Of a stretch of 64,000 nt of DNA, positions 30,176-41,280 are shown piece after piece. The notes beneath the pieces are model-generated. The model ran no database searches and was not told where the DNA came from. It saw only the letters and a program-made list of their open reading frames with translations. Position 1 is the first letter of the stretch. Each line of letters starts with the position of its first letter. This DNA is from Candidatus Poribacteria bacterium (GTDB lineage: Bacteria > Poribacteria > WGA-4E > WGA-3G): contig CBDBFU010000031.1 of assembly GCA_965205025.1 (NCBI GenBank), forward strand, positions 49,045 through 113,044, written 5' to 3'. Position numbers and translations under genes: made by a program.

Positions 30176-30439
30176 TTATAGAAAGTAATCAGCGTTGATT
30201 TGAGTGTAATGTTCCCACTCATCGGGAATATCTTCTTCCAAAAATATCGCCTCGACCGGACACTCAGGTTCACATACACCACAATCTATACATTCTTGAG
30301 GATCAATATAGAGTTGATTCACCAATTGATATTCATCGGGTTGATCAATTGGATTAGGTTGTATACAATCTACAGGACATACATCTATACATGCATTGTC
30401 TTTTAAATCAATACAAGGTTCGCATATTACATAGGTCAT
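30176..30439 (-). CDS. fdxA: 7Fe ferredoxin (FdxA type)
   Basis: MTYVICEPC..KDNACIDVCPVDCI...CIDCGVCEPECPVEAI; GGAG RBS before ATG 30439. Confidence 0.9.
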   Translation of the reverse strand: MTYVICEPCIDLKDNACIDVCPVDCIQPNPIDQPDEYQLVNQLYIDPQECIDCGVCEPECPVEAIFLEEDIPDEWEHYTQINADYFL

Positions 30440-30617
30440 ATTTTTTCTCCCATCGTAATAGAGTTTCGACATTATGAATTATGCGTAACTTTATTCTTGA
30501 TGGTACCATTTGTATATAGTGATGTCAATCATGACAAAAAGCTTAATTTTACAGAAAATCCAATGTAGTGTTAAAATTTGTTTTTGAATAAAATGTAAAT
30601 CAAGTAAGATACACTAA

Positions 30618-31430
30618 TTAATCTACCGCAACAATAGAGATTTTCCATTTATCAGCTTGTGGATAGAGAGTATTTGGTTCCATAATAAAAGTTCGTTTTG
30701 CTTCTACTGCTAATACACTACCTTTTACAGAATGAATTGTCTTTAATGTTCCCATACCTACCGTTGGAACGTCAATACGAAAATCGTGATCTACTGATGC
30801 AGCTTTAGCAACAATAACCCCTTTACCACCCAATTCACCACCCCTACAGATTGTAAGGTCTGTCCCATCAATAGCTTCCGCAGCCAAGACAATTTGATTC
30901 TTTATTACAACAGTCTGTCCTATATCAAGATTCGCAATCTCTTTAGCAATTTTCATTCCTAAATTAATATCTTCCCATTGTGCACTTGTAGGTTTCCGTT
31001 TAGTAAGAACACCTGGGTCTGGTAACAAATGTGTAAGATAGAAATCCTGATTTAATATTGAAAATCCTGACTCCTCAAAGTGGCTAAGGATTGCAGATAC
31101 GATTGATGAAGGATTTTTGCGATGTCGTGTTAATAATCTAATTGCGGTTGCATCGATTTCAAATGGATTTAATAAAATACTTGGGTCGACTTTACCAATG
31201 AGAATCAAATGCGAAACATTCAAATCCAGGAGTTTTTGTGTGATTTTTCCAATCTGTCCAACTCCATATTCATAAATTTCACAGTGTAAATCTAAATAAC
31301 GATGTTGATCATCCTTTGAAACCTTAATAATTACGGGGTGTTGACCTTGTTCTATTGCACACTTAGCAACAATGAATGGGAGATCACCAACTCCAGCAAT
31401 AATACCCAATTTATCAATTTCATTTCTCAT
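30618..31430 (-). CDS. lpxI: UDP-2,3-diacylglucosamine diphosphatase LpxI family
   Basis: LGIIAGVGDLP, LDIGQTVV, AEAIDGTD, DFRIDVPTVG. Confidence 0.9.
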   Translation of the reverse strand: MRNEIDKLGIIAGVGDLPFIVAKCAIEQGQHPVIIKVSKDDQHRYLDLHCEIYEYGVGQIGKITQKLLDLNVSHLILIGKVDPSILLNPFEIDATAIRLLTRHRKNPSSIVSAILSHFEESGFSILNQDFYLTHLLPDPGVLTKRKPTSAQWEDINLGMKIAKEIANLDIGQTVVIKNQIVLAAEAIDGTDLTICRGGELGGKGVIVAKAASVDHDFRIDVPTVGMGTLKTIHSVKGSVLAVEAKRTFIMEPNTLYPQADKWKISIVAVD

Positions 31431-31475
31431 ACAATATCGGATTATATTTAATCATATTACTAACCTAATAAGGAA

Positions 31476-32717
31476 CTACGTATGTCGAATTGCATCAATT
31501 GGAGCAAGTTTAGCTGCTTGGCTTGCTGGATAATAGCCAAAGAAAAGACCAACCCCTGTACCCGCTGCTACCGATGTCAGAACGGATTTTACCGTAATAA
31601 CAGACGGCCAACTAAGAGCACCTCTCATAAATTTATCTACCGCCCATGCAAAACCTTGACCTACAAACGCACCTAAAATTATTCCAAGTATACTTCCAAT
31701 GAGACATAATAAAATAGATTCTGTGAGAAATTGGAAGCGAATATGGTACTTCTTTGCTCCTACTGCTTTTCTCAATCCAATTTCAGGTATCCGTTCTGTA
31801 ACAGATACAAGCATAATATTAAGTATACCTATCCCCCCAACTATCAGTGAAACAGAAGCGATTATTACCAATACCATCTCAATAATAAAAATCGTCTTTT
31901 TCGCACTTTCAATACCTTTCTGTGCTTGCCATGTCCTAAAGAATGTATCATCACCCCCATGGTTACGTCTAATGATGGTTTGAACTTCCTTAACTGCTTG
32001 ATCCACTAATAATGGACTCTTGGCACGAACCATTATATGACCTACATTGTTGTGCCCCCAGAACCTTGTTTGTGCAGTTGTTATTGGAATAAATATCATA
32101 TTGTCATCACTCTTTCCTGCTTCTAAGCCAGGACCTCGACTCTCCATTATCCCAATCACATTATATCGTTTTCTATTAATCGAGATTTCTTTTCCAATAG
32201 GATCCATACCTTTGAATTGTTCTTTCCAAACTTGTGATCCAATAACACAAACTTTATTCCATAAATCCATATCTGTATCTGCCAGAAATCTACCATATTC
32301 CGTATGCCATTGACGAACAGCTTGATACTCTACAGTTGTAGCACGCATGTATGTTTTCTGATGTTTTCCCTGTACTTCCAAGTCTATGTAATAACTACCC
32401 TCTACTGTTGCTACTTCTACTGATGGACATTGTTCCAACACATCCCGTAAATCATCCATATTCAAGTAGTTTGGACTTGTATTACGTTGCCAACGATTGT
32501 TTTTTCGAATATATCCTGGTCTATAGACTCCAAACATACTTGGACCACCAATCTTTTCAAACTCCAACATAATGAGTTTTTCCGCACCAGCTCCCAATGA
32601 CATCATGGCAATGACCCCCGCAATCCCAATGGTAATACCTAATAATGTCAGGATTGTACGTATTTTACTGGCTTTTAATGCAGAAAGTGCGGTAAGAAGA
32701 TTCTCTAAAATTCTCAT
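31476..32717 (-). CDS. MacB/FtsX-family ABC transporter permease
   Basis: RTILTLLGITIGIAGVIAM, GGIGILNIMLVSVTERIPEIGLRKAVGA, YPASQAAKLAPIDAIR. Confidence 0.9.
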   Translation of the reverse strand: MRILENLLTALSALKASKIRTILTLLGITIGIAGVIAMMSLGAGAEKLIMLEFEKIGGPSMFGVYRPGYIRKNNRWQRNTSPNYLNMDDLRDVLEQCPSVEVATVEGSYYIDLEVQGKHQKTYMRATTVEYQAVRQWHTEYGRFLADTDMDLWNKVCVIGSQVWKEQFKGMDPIGKEISINRKRYNVIGIMESRGPGLEAGKSDDNMIFIPITTAQTRFWGHNNVGHIMVRAKSPLLVDQAVKEVQTIIRRNHGGDDTFFRTWQAQKGIESAKKTIFIIEMVLVIIASVSLIVGGIGILNIMLVSVTERIPEIGLRKAVGAKKYHIRFQFLTESILLCLIGSILGIILGAFVGQGFAWAVDKFMRGALSWPSVITVKSVLTSVAAGTGVGLFFGYYPASQAAKLAPIDAIRHT

Positions 32718-32769
32718 TGTAATATATTATCATCTATGAAGTGAATTTATAGGTTAATCTCTATACTTA

Positions 32770-34737
32770 TTGTTTATCTATAATAGTGATGGTATAATTA
32801 ACTTTATTTTCTACTACTGTATTTCTTGTAAAGTATACTACAAAGTCTCTATAATATGCAACAATCTTCAGGTTTACAATTCAGTGGACACAAATAAATT
32901 GAATTCTCACCTAAATACATTCTTACAGTATCCAAAAAAAGAAAATTCCACTCTACATCAGTCAGAATTACAAAAAATTGCTGAGATTGGGAACAATGTT
33001 TGGATACAATTACCAAGTAATCTAATTCAAACACGTTATTATTTGAATGTAATCGAATTTAATTTTAATGAATCTGATACAACGAATTTCATAAGAGAAG
33101 AATTATTAAAAGCTACTACAGTTAATGAAAAACAGAAAATTCGTCTGTCATTCAGTAAGTTTTTTCTTATTGCTGAATCCCCATCACGCGGGCTATTTTA
33201 TAACATTACAGAATATTTACAAGATTCTATTGATCCAGATGAAAAGGTTTATGATAGACTCCGCGGTAGAACAGTTCTTTACGTATATCAAACTGATTCA
33301 GGGTATAAAGATCTATTATCTGACACTGGTGTAAAGGAATTTATAGATGAAACCCTTAATAGTTATGTTGAGTACTATGGTAAAGACTTAATGCTTGGTT
33401 TCTCAGTTGAATTACCTGAATTCTTATCAGTCTTTCATAAAAATGGTTTAATGATTCCTTGGACAAATTCTTTCTATGAATATATTGAGAATAACTTACT
33501 TTTAGCTGAAAATGATTACCCCTCTAATTATAGTTTAAGTATATTACCATCATTATTTTATGAATCACATAACTCACCTATCATTAGAGGTATCTACTGG
33601 CAGAAGTTGACAACCCAGTTTCTAAACTGCTTTCTTGGTAATGTCAAATCCTATTGTAATAAAAAAAGTATCCATTTTGCTGTTACAATTCCTGAAAGTG
33701 CAAGATGGCTACAATATGATTTGGGAACTCTATTAAGTAGTATTGATTACCCAATTCTAATATCAGATGAATCTGATACCACACGACGTTTTGTTGTTGC
33801 AAAGTCAATTTGTAGTAATTCAAAAAGGGCTGTTATAGCAAGAAAGGATAAACATACCTTAAATCTTACTCTTGATGATGCTTCAAAAGGGTTTAATGAA
33901 TGGATAAGTCAGGACTATCGTTATATTCAAACTATATCTAATACAGGTAGATATATCCATCAAAACCTAATTGGTTGTAATCCAATCAGACCTATACTCC
34001 TTTTAAACCCAATACAAAGTCTTTGGATGGAACCTGATGAGAAAAAATGGAATAAAATAACCGGTGCATTTGCATGGTTATGTGATATTGTATGGAAATT
34101 GGGTTATGACTTTGATATTGTTTCAGAAGAACAGTTGTCTAACGCTGACATTAATCGCTCAAATGGGACAATAACCATCAGTGATAATACCTACCAAATT
34201 GTTCTAATTCCATCGTGTATATCCTTACATGAAAATACAGTCCAAAGATTAACAGAATATACCAAATCTAAAGGTAGAATAATTGCTAATACTCCATCAC
34301 CGTATCTTCTTAACGGAAAAATAGGGTTAGCTCCTTACAAATTAGAAAGGTTGATTTATGGTAGATCCACCTATTTAATCGATGGCACACATAGTGAAAG
34401 AAATCAAACATTAAAAAGACTATTGAAGAAATGGGTTAATTTGGACATTCAGGTATATTACTATAAAGAGGAAGATACAGTTGATGAAATAAAGGTTCAT
34501 CAAAGGAGAATTGAAAATGGAGATATATTTTATCTGTTTAATTCCGATCGTAAAAGCGTCCATACTATTGTCGAAATAATGCGAGAAGACAAAGATATTG
34601 TAGAAGTTGATCTAAATACTGGAAAAACTAAAAAACCAAAATATTGGATAGCTAATAAGAATATTTATCATGATTGCATATTTTCACCGGGACAGGCACG
34701 TCTCTTCATAGCTAAAAATACTAAACATATAACATAA
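32770..34737 (+). CDS. Glycoside hydrolase-like protein (divergent, with beta-galactosidase trimerisation-like domain); start uncertain
   Basis: LGYDFDIVSEEQL, YQIVLIPSC, RLTEYTKSKGRII, DIFYLFN resemble GH106/GH42-type C-terminal regions; catalytic motifs not evident. Confidence 0.5.
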   Translation: MFIYNSDGIINFIFYYCISCKVYYKVSIICNNLQVYNSVDTNKLNSHLNTFLQYPKKENSTLHQSELQKIAEIGNNVWIQLPSNLIQTRYYLNVIEFNFNESDTTNFIREELLKATTVNEKQKIRLSFSKFFLIAESPSRGLFYNITEYLQDSIDPDEKVYDRLRGRTVLYVYQTDSGYKDLLSDTGVKEFIDETLNSYVEYYGKDLMLGFSVELPEFLSVFHKNGLMIPWTNSFYEYIENNLLLAENDYPSNYSLSILPSLFYESHNSPIIRGIYWQKLTTQFLNCFLGNVKSYCNKKSIHFAVTIPESARWLQYDLGTLLSSIDYPILISDESDTTRRFVVAKSICSNSKRAVIARKDKHTLNLTLDDASKGFNEWISQDYRYIQTISNTGRYIHQNLIGCNPIRPILLLNPIQSLWMEPDEKKWNKITGAFAWLCDIVWKLGYDFDIVSEEQLSNADINRSNGTITISDNTYQIVLIPSCISLHENTVQRLTEYTKSKGRIIANTPSPYLLNGKIGLAPYKLERLIYGRSTYLIDGTHSERNQTLKRLLKKWVNLDIQVYYYKEEDTVDEIKVHQRRIENGDIFYLFNSDRKSVHTIVEIMREDKDIVEVDLNTGKTKKPKYWIANKNIYHDCIFSPGQARLFIAKNTKHIT

Positions 34738-34819
34738 TAATTCCAGATTAATATCAAACTAATTCAAACTATTTATTCCTAAGTAATTGATAATCTCTCT
34801 ATGGATTGATATACTATAT

Positions 34820-36154
34820 GGATCAAACATTCTTAAATAAAATTAAAAAAATGAAGAAAACACCGATCTCTAACAACTAACATACATATCTCAAAATACA
34901 GAAAAACATATTAATAATGTTTATCAAAATAAAAATAAATTTGTGCCATATTATATAGTTCATTTTATGTATTCTAATACAATGCTAACACAATATATGA
35001 AATACGATCCTAATTACGAAACTTCATTAACGGCAAAAATGCATACCTTTTTAACCATTGGGAATGTCAAATTCAGAAAGCACAACAAGAATACAAAATC
35101 ACATATTTTCGAATTTCTTATAAAGTCAATTCAAAGTGAAGTGAAGCCAGTCTGTGACAGGGATGATAAGGATAATTTACACCAATTTCAATGTCACACC
35201 GTGTGACAAAAAGTGTAACTTTTTTCATGTTTTCGATGCATAGAGAATGCAACAACAACACGATCTACTGTCTGAGAATTTAGGATTAATGTCTGGTTTT
35301 ATACACTGTTTTTTGTCTGTCTATTAGGATTAAATATCTTGTTTTATGTTTTTTAAACAATCATAAATATTAGTTATTAAAGAATATTCTCAAGACCAAT
35401 ATATGTCAATTATATACAAAGCCTTAAAGTGAAATAATGTCACAATGATACCGATCTAATACGTGAAATATGTGTAATCTGCGAATCCAAACACAAGATA
35501 GAAGAATTCATGCCAATTACTTTACATACCCAATTTCGGGAATGTGTAAAGTAATTGTCACTTTTACTTAACACCAATGAAATCTCAAGTCCAATTCATC
35601 CAGTCTGATTTCAAGAATTACAACTTATTCTTCACTACTATAATTTTGACAATTCTATTTAAGGGAAACTGAGTATCTAATGATAAGTCTATTTTTTGGA
35701 GTTTTCTATATCAAAAATACCGTACTCCAACGGAGTACTATGTCTATAGAAAAGAATATCGGAACAGTCTCGCACTCCAGCGGAGTGCTATGTGCCAATA
35801 CACTTCGTATGAAAAACATATTAGTACTTAATACACACTTAAGTTATAGTCTAATTAACGTATGTGATTCACGGAAAATTGGTCTACTTTAAATTATAAA
35901 CCCTTATAGAATAAGGGGTCGTGGAATTGCTCCGTGAAGGTTTCCGTGAAAGTGCAATCATCTCAATACGATGAACATTAACACTTTATCCATTCACAAT
36001 ATCCATACATCTAATATAATTATGAGATTGACAGATGAAGGTCTCAATGACATAATGGAGTTGAGATGTAGGTAAATGAACAATACTTGGGAAAAATATT
36101 GATATCCAGATACAATTGCAGGATGATGTTGAGTGCCAAAGACTTTACACACTC
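34820..36154. repeat. Copy 1 of a long non-coding dispersed element (with a ~0.3-kb insertion relative to copy 2)
   Basis: Colinear similarity to 56258-57259 throughout, e.g. identical CAATTTCAATGTCACACCGTGTGACAAAAAGTGTAACTTTTTTCATG and TTGCTCCGTGAAGGTTTCCGTGAAAGTGCAATCATCTCAA. Confidence 0.9.
35722..35788. repeat. REP-like hairpin doublet
   Basis: GTACTCC-AAC-GGAGTAC and GCACTCC-AGC-GGAGTGC, each followed by TAT (ATAG on minus strand); repeated at 56832-56898. Confidence 0.75.
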
Positions 36155-36162
36155 AATAATAA

Positions 36163-36190
36163 TTGACAAATTATTATTGATGAGTAAAAT
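36163..36190 (+). promoter_or_regulatory. Sigma70-type promoter
   Basis: TTGACA-16-TAAAAT upstream of the LON-domain gene. Confidence 0.5.
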
Positions 36191-36271
36191 GATAGTATAC
36201 CTTTAGTCTCACATCATGATTCTTGTATTCTTATAAAATTGATAGATTATATTAATGTTGCGGAGATTCTA

Positions 36272-36925
36272 ATGAATATAGAAACAAACATAGTCAATGA
36301 AAAAGAACTCCCAATTTTTCCATTAAATGTTGTTCTGTTTCCTGGTGGTTACTTGCCTCTTCACGTTTTTGAACAACGATATCGTGAAATGATAAAACAT
36401 TGTATCAGAGATGAATCATCCTTTGGAGTTGTAATGATTAAAGAGGGTGAGGAGACTGGAGATTCTGCTGTACCATGTAAAATCGGTACAGAGGTAGATT
36501 TAGTTGATGTTAATAGATTTCCTGACGGTCGTATGAATATTATTACTTCTGGACATTCCCGCTTTGAAATCCTTGAAGTAAGTGAAGATATGCCCTACTT
36601 AGTCGCCCGTGTTCGTATATTAGATTCATTCGAGGCAGATGCTGATCCTAACCTGTCAGATGTAGCAGCTGAAACATTGAAGCTATATAAGGAATATGAA
36701 ACTTTATCAAGTTACCTAATGTTTAGTTGGCAACCACCAGATGAAAATCCAGAACATCCTCAAAAATTAGCATACCAAATCGGTTCACGTTTACGTTTAC
36801 CTCTTAAGGAAAAACAAGAACTTCTTGAATTGGAGTCATTCGACCTACTCCTTAGGAAAGAAATTCAGATTTTGAAACATCTAAATCAACAAATTGCTTT
36901 CCAATTAACTGCACGTAATAACTAA
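36272..36925 (+). CDS. LON peptidase substrate-binding (N-terminal) domain protein
   Basis: LPIFPLNVVLFPGGYLPLHVFEQRY, FPDGRMNI, EKQELLE; GGAG RBS before 36272. Confidence 0.9.
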   Translation: MNIETNIVNEKELPIFPLNVVLFPGGYLPLHVFEQRYREMIKHCIRDESSFGVVMIKEGEETGDSAVPCKIGTEVDLVDVNRFPDGRMNIITSGHSRFEILEVSEDMPYLVARVRILDSFEADADPNLSDVAAETLKLYKEYETLSSYLMFSWQPPDENPEHPQKLAYQIGSRLRLPLKEKQELLELESFDLLLRKEIQILKHLNQQIAFQLTARNN

Positions 36926-37022
36926 TACATGTCAGATTTTACAAGTTGAATATACATTTCATTTTATAGACTCTATAGTGAATGTTGAGTAGGAATTTAT
37001 TTAAATATAAAATAACAGATTA

Positions 37023-37655
37023 ATGCAACAGCTTCGATGGTATTTTAAAGCACCAATACACCAATTTACTGATACTCAAGAGATAAATATCACACCACGA
37101 CAATTTTTGTATATTAGCAATATACTATCAGCATTTAGGCTGGTAATTGTTCCATTACTTTTCATGTTAATATATCAGAAAAAATATACTATAGCGGTAG
37201 TTATTGGGTGTATAGCAGTAATTTCTGACATATTAGACGGTTTTTTTGCACGTTTACTAAACCAGCATTCTGAATTAGGATACATTTTAGATCCTATCGC
37301 AGATAAGTGTGCCATTGGTGCTGGTATCTTTGCTCTTATCTTATCCAGTCCAAACTTAGAATTTCCAATATGGGCATTTTTTGCTATTATATTACGAGAT
37401 TCTGCTATCGTTATTGGTAATGTGATACTTGCGATTAAAGCAAAGATGATTACACGATCTAACCTATGGGGGAAGTGTACCAGTTTCTCTTTATCAATTA
37501 CGGTGATTATCTACTTAGTATCCTATACAGAGTATCCGTTAGTAAATAATATCAAAATATACCTATTGTATATTTCTTTAATATTTGTAGTTATTTCATT
37601 TATTAGTTATTTCAGACATATGCTTAGGGCACTTAATCAGGTTAAAGCCACCTAA
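37023..37655 (+). CDS. CDP-alcohol phosphatidyltransferase (PgsA-like)
   Basis: SNILSAFRL, SDILDGFFAR, GYILDPIADK. Confidence 0.9.
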   Translation: MQQLRWYFKAPIHQFTDTQEINITPRQFLYISNILSAFRLVIVPLLFMLIYQKKYTIAVVIGCIAVISDILDGFFARLLNQHSELGYILDPIADKCAIGAGIFALILSSPNLEFPIWAFFAIILRDSAIVIGNVILAIKAKMITRSNLWGKCTSFSLSITVIIYLVSYTEYPLVNNIKIYLLYISLIFVVISFISYFRHMLRALNQVKAT

Positions 37656-37720
37656 CTATAAAATTATACATTATATGAGTCATTCTTTCATCATTCAATC
37701 TTATGTTACAGGTTAGTTGA

Positions 37721-38149
37721 ATGGATCTTTATTTAAACCCTTCGGATGTTGCAGAGATAATTGGTGTTGATGAAGATATAATTACGCAAACATTAGAACG
37801 CAAAACACCAGAAATTGAACCTTATTTAAGGGTTATATCAGGTAGTTCTAACACAGAATCTGACACCGAAGCAATTCTCCAATTACGAATTGATGGTTTA
37901 GCACCGTTGATTACACAATTAAGTTATAATATTCCTACTAACGATATAATAGAGAATCTTATATGCCAGATAGTTCATATAGCATATTTGCGAGAAAGCA
38001 TTGAAAAGTTGGAATTAGAAAAGATCAAACTTGACGACACTGTGCAAACACTACAACAAGAGAATTCGGACTTACGAATTGAGATCAACCAATTAAAAGA
38101 AGAAATACCTAAGAATTGGAAAGATCATATTAGACAAATGTTGAAATAG
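37721..38149 (+). CDS. Hypothetical protein: HTH-like N-terminus and C-terminal coiled coil
   Basis: LNPSDVAEIIGVDEDII; heptad-rich C-terminus ending KNWKDHIRQMLK. Confidence 0.6.
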   Translation: MDLYLNPSDVAEIIGVDEDIITQTLERKTPEIEPYLRVISGSSNTESDTEAILQLRIDGLAPLITQLSYNIPTNDIIENLICQIVHIAYLRESIEKLELEKIKLDDTVQTLQQENSDLRIEINQLKEEIPKNWKDHIRQMLK

Positions 38150-38284
38150 TTGCAAAAATAACTATCTTCACTTTTATTCCTCCCTGTCTACAAAATATTG
38201 TAAAATCAAATGATTATGCCAAGAATCTAATATCAATAATCATGTTAAGCAAGATTAAGTACTTTATACAACTTATGTCATAGA

Positions 38285-38908
38285 ATGCATTTAAATCGGA
38301 ATAAATTACTCTCCGTTATAGGTTTATTTTTCGGTCTATTTCTCTTATACTTTGAACTAAGTAATATCTTAAATAATTCAACAGTTTATACTCAAATTGA
38401 TATCTTACTTAAAGGTATTTCATTTATATTATTAAGTATTTCGACAATACTTATGTCTGTTGCTTTTGAAAAGAAACGTGGAATTAACATTATTTCTTCA
38501 ATTGGACTATTAATTGGATTAATTTTCTTATTCTTACCTGTACCCCAAGTATTTCGTAGTTCTTCTTTTCATTTATTATTCTGTTTCTCAATCCCATTCG
38601 GAATCTCAACCAACTCTAATAAAATTACTTCATTCATATCAATCCTAAGTATATTATTAGGAACTATTTTTCTTTATCTTAATCCTCTCTTAGATATAAA
38701 AATCCCCTCTCTCCATCTTCTCCTTCCAGGAATGATATTATTCTGTATAATCTTTTCTAAAATTGCCTGGTGTGAAAGATTATCAATTGGTCTGATAATT
38801 ATTGGTTTGATTTCCCTATGTCAACCATTTTTAATATTATTTTATCAAACAGGATTACAATTAGTTCTTGCAGGATTGACAGGTTTTATTGTTGTAGCAC
38901 ACAGATAA
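38285..38908 (+). CDS. Polytopic membrane protein
   Basis: 207 aa, almost entirely hydrophobic segments. Confidence 0.65.
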   Translation: MHLNRNKLLSVIGLFFGLFLLYFELSNILNNSTVYTQIDILLKGISFILLSISTILMSVAFEKKRGINIISSIGLLIGLIFLFLPVPQVFRSSSFHLLFCFSIPFGISTNSNKITSFISILSILLGTIFLYLNPLLDIKIPSLHLLLPGMILFCIIFSKIAWCERLSIGLIIIGLISLCQPFLILFYQTGLQLVLAGLTGFIVVAHR

Positions 38909-38984
38909 TTTACAACATAAATTTAGTCAGAACTCCAATAATGTATGTAATTATACTGAATTGAATTTTAATAGGTATTGATAT

Positions 38985-40109
38985 ATGTCATCAAGAAAAA
39001 CTACAAACATAGTTATTGTTGGTGCAGGTATTATAGGGATCTCTTTAGCCTATAAACTGTCACAAAGGAAGAATACCTCAATAACAGTTCTTGAGAGTGA
39101 ATATCCTGGAGGTGGAGCTACCGCTCATTCGTTCGCCTGGGTAAATGCTTTTGGAAAAGAACCGCGGTACTACCATACACTCAATCAACGGTCTTTAGAT
39201 ATGTGGTATCGATTTTCAGAACAATTAGATGCGGATATCGGTATCCATTTTGGAGGTGAATTGCGATGGGAAAACACACAGTGGGGTGCAAAAGCACTAC
39301 TAAATAGAGTTCAGCAGCTCCAAGGTTGGGGGTATCCTTGTCGTATAATATCAAAAGATGAATTGTTGACTTTAGAACCAGAACTTACTCCTGGTAATGT
39401 ATTAGCATGCTCATACTCAGAGAGTGATATTCATATTGAAACAGATAAATTTATTTCTGTATGTATGAATAAAGCAATAGAAAATGGTGTATCAATTCAT
39501 TCTAATACCCGGGTTATAGACTTCAGTCATAATAACGGTAGAATTCACTCAGTCATCACATCGAAATCTGAATATCCTTGTGATATTGCAATATTATCAG
39601 CAGGAGTTAATACTACACATTTGGCTGCTCTTGTCGACGTACATATTCCACAGCAATGTAGTCCAGGGATTATTATTAACACGACAAAATGTAAGAAAGT
39701 GATGCGTCATGCTGCAGTTATTCATGCTCCATCAAAGAATGAAAAACACCAACATATTCACCTGAGACAGCTTGATGATGGAACACTTAGAATAGGTCGG
39801 GGAACACAAGAAGGAATTAATTCTGACGATTCTCAGGAACATGCTGATGTATTATTAGAATGTGCCAAGACATATCTTCCTATAATAGGTAATGCATCAG
39901 CAATAGCAAATCCAATCGGTTACCGTCCTATGCCAATTGATGGATATCCTATAATAGGGTTTACAGAATCAGTTTCAAATCTATATATCACTCTAATGCA
40001 TAGTGGTGTTACATTAGCACCCATAGTAAGTGAAATGGCTACTATTGAAATAGTTGATGGTATTATGGTCGATTGGTTTAAACCATATCGTCTAAGTAGG
40101 TTCATCTAA
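38985..40109 (+). CDS. FAD-dependent oxidoreductase (DAO/glycine oxidase family)
   Basis: IVGAGIIG, GATAHSFAW, GYRPMPIDGYPIIG, HSGVTLAP. Confidence 0.9.
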   Translation: MSSRKTTNIVIVGAGIIGISLAYKLSQRKNTSITVLESEYPGGGATAHSFAWVNAFGKEPRYYHTLNQRSLDMWYRFSEQLDADIGIHFGGELRWENTQWGAKALLNRVQQLQGWGYPCRIISKDELLTLEPELTPGNVLACSYSESDIHIETDKFISVCMNKAIENGVSIHSNTRVIDFSHNNGRIHSVITSKSEYPCDIAILSAGVNTTHLAALVDVHIPQQCSPGIIINTTKCKKVMRHAAVIHAPSKNEKHQHIHLRQLDDGTLRIGRGTQEGINSDDSQEHADVLLECAKTYLPIIGNASAIANPIGYRPMPIDGYPIIGFTESVSNLYITLMHSGVTLAPIVSEMATIEIVDGIMVDWFKPYRLSRFI

Positions 40110-40128
40110 ACAAATTTCACAATAGCTA

Positions 40129-41280
40129 TTACTCAAACAACACCAAACTCCCATCTTTGACAATCAACACTTGTGGTTCATAGACAGCATCACCATCTTG
40201 ATTAAAAGAGAATTTACCTACTATGGTCTCTAATTCTGTAATATTTGCAAGTGCATCACGAATTGACATAGAATCTTTTGTAGATGCATTAGCAATTGCT
40301 TCAGCTAAGACATATAGTGCAATATATGAACGGGCAGCATAATTGTTCGGTGTTGTACCATACTTCTTATGATAATTCTGAACAAAGGCATGATTCAATG
40401 GATTATCAACTGCTGTACCCCATCCTGTGAAAGTGATTGTTCCTTCTGCTGCATCTCCTGCTGCTTCAACATCAGCATCAGTCAATGTTCGCATTACAAA
40501 CCGAGCTGTAATTCCCAGTTCACGGCTTTGTTTAAGAATACTTGCTTTTTCAGGAGGTAAGGATGAAACAAATACCACATCAGGCTGTTCCATCTCTATT
40601 CGTGTCAACTGTTCTGAAAAATCATCATCACCACCATCAAAGGCTTCTTTTGCAACCACTTCAATTCCTTTTTCATCAAAAGTTTCCAGCAAGGCTTTTT
40701 CACTATCTACAGCAAACACGTCATTTCTATCATGTAGAGTTGCAACTTTCGAGAAATCAAGTTTTGTAAGTATTGCTTCAACACCATTAGGAATTAACAC
40801 ATCAGTGGTTAGTGCTATACGAAAAGCATAATCACTTAATGCACTCAATCCTCGGGCTGCAGATGTTGGACTGATTGCTACAATTTTATTCATTTGAGCC
40901 AAAGGAAATGCCTCTTTAGAGGCTGATGAAGTTGCTGGACCAAGAATCACTGATACTCCATCTTCTATAAATTTATTATATGCAGTAATTGCGCCATCCA
41001 CTGTACTCATATCATCCTCTGTAATAAAGTTAATAGCAAAATCGTACTTCGTATTCTCATTGATTTCATACGTAGCTAATAGTAAGGCTTGGTGAATTGG
41101 TTCACCAAAAGTAGTAGCCAATCTACCACTCAATGGCAAGACTAACCCTATTGAGATATCTTTCTTCTTAATCTCTACTGATTCAATTACCCGAGGGATC
41201 CTTTCACATCCCAAAATTAAGAAAATTGAAAAACATAATAGAAAAAGAAACACAAACTTTGATATACTTTTATTGAACAT
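40129..41280 (-). CDS. Branched-chain amino acid ABC substrate-binding lipoprotein (LivJ/K-like)
   Basis: Lipobox ILGC; IGLVLPLSG, VILGPATS, DFSEQLTRI, GKFSFNQDGD; GAGG RBS before 41280. Confidence 0.9.
   Translation of the reverse strand: MFNKSISKFVFLFLLCFSIFLILGCERIPRVIESVEIKKKDISIGLVLPLSGRLATTFGEPIHQALLLATYEINENTKYDFAINFITEDDMSTVDGAITAYNKFIEDGVSVILGPATSSASKEAFPLAQMNKIVAISPTSAARGLSALSDYAFRIALTTDVLIPNGVEAILTKLDFSKVATLHDRNDVFAVDSEKALLETFDEKGIEVVAKEAFDGGDDDFSEQLTRIEMEQPDVVFVSSLPPEKASILKQSRELGITARFVMRTLTDADVEAAGDAAEGTITFTGWGTAVDNPLNHAFVQNYHKKYGTTPNNYAARSYIALYVLAEAIANASTKDSMSIRDALANITELETIVGKFSFNQDGDAVYEPQVLIVKDGSLVLFE

Noticed and set aside
29153-30439. YkgJ, DUF971 and ferredoxin as one Fe-S system
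   Set aside because: ykgJ is convergent with the other two; all are common genes and adjacency alone is weak evidence
35722-35788. Palindromic repeats with a ~33-bp spacer as a mini-CRISPR
   Set aside because: Only two units, the spacer is conserved between the two loci, and there are no cas genes; fits a REP doublet
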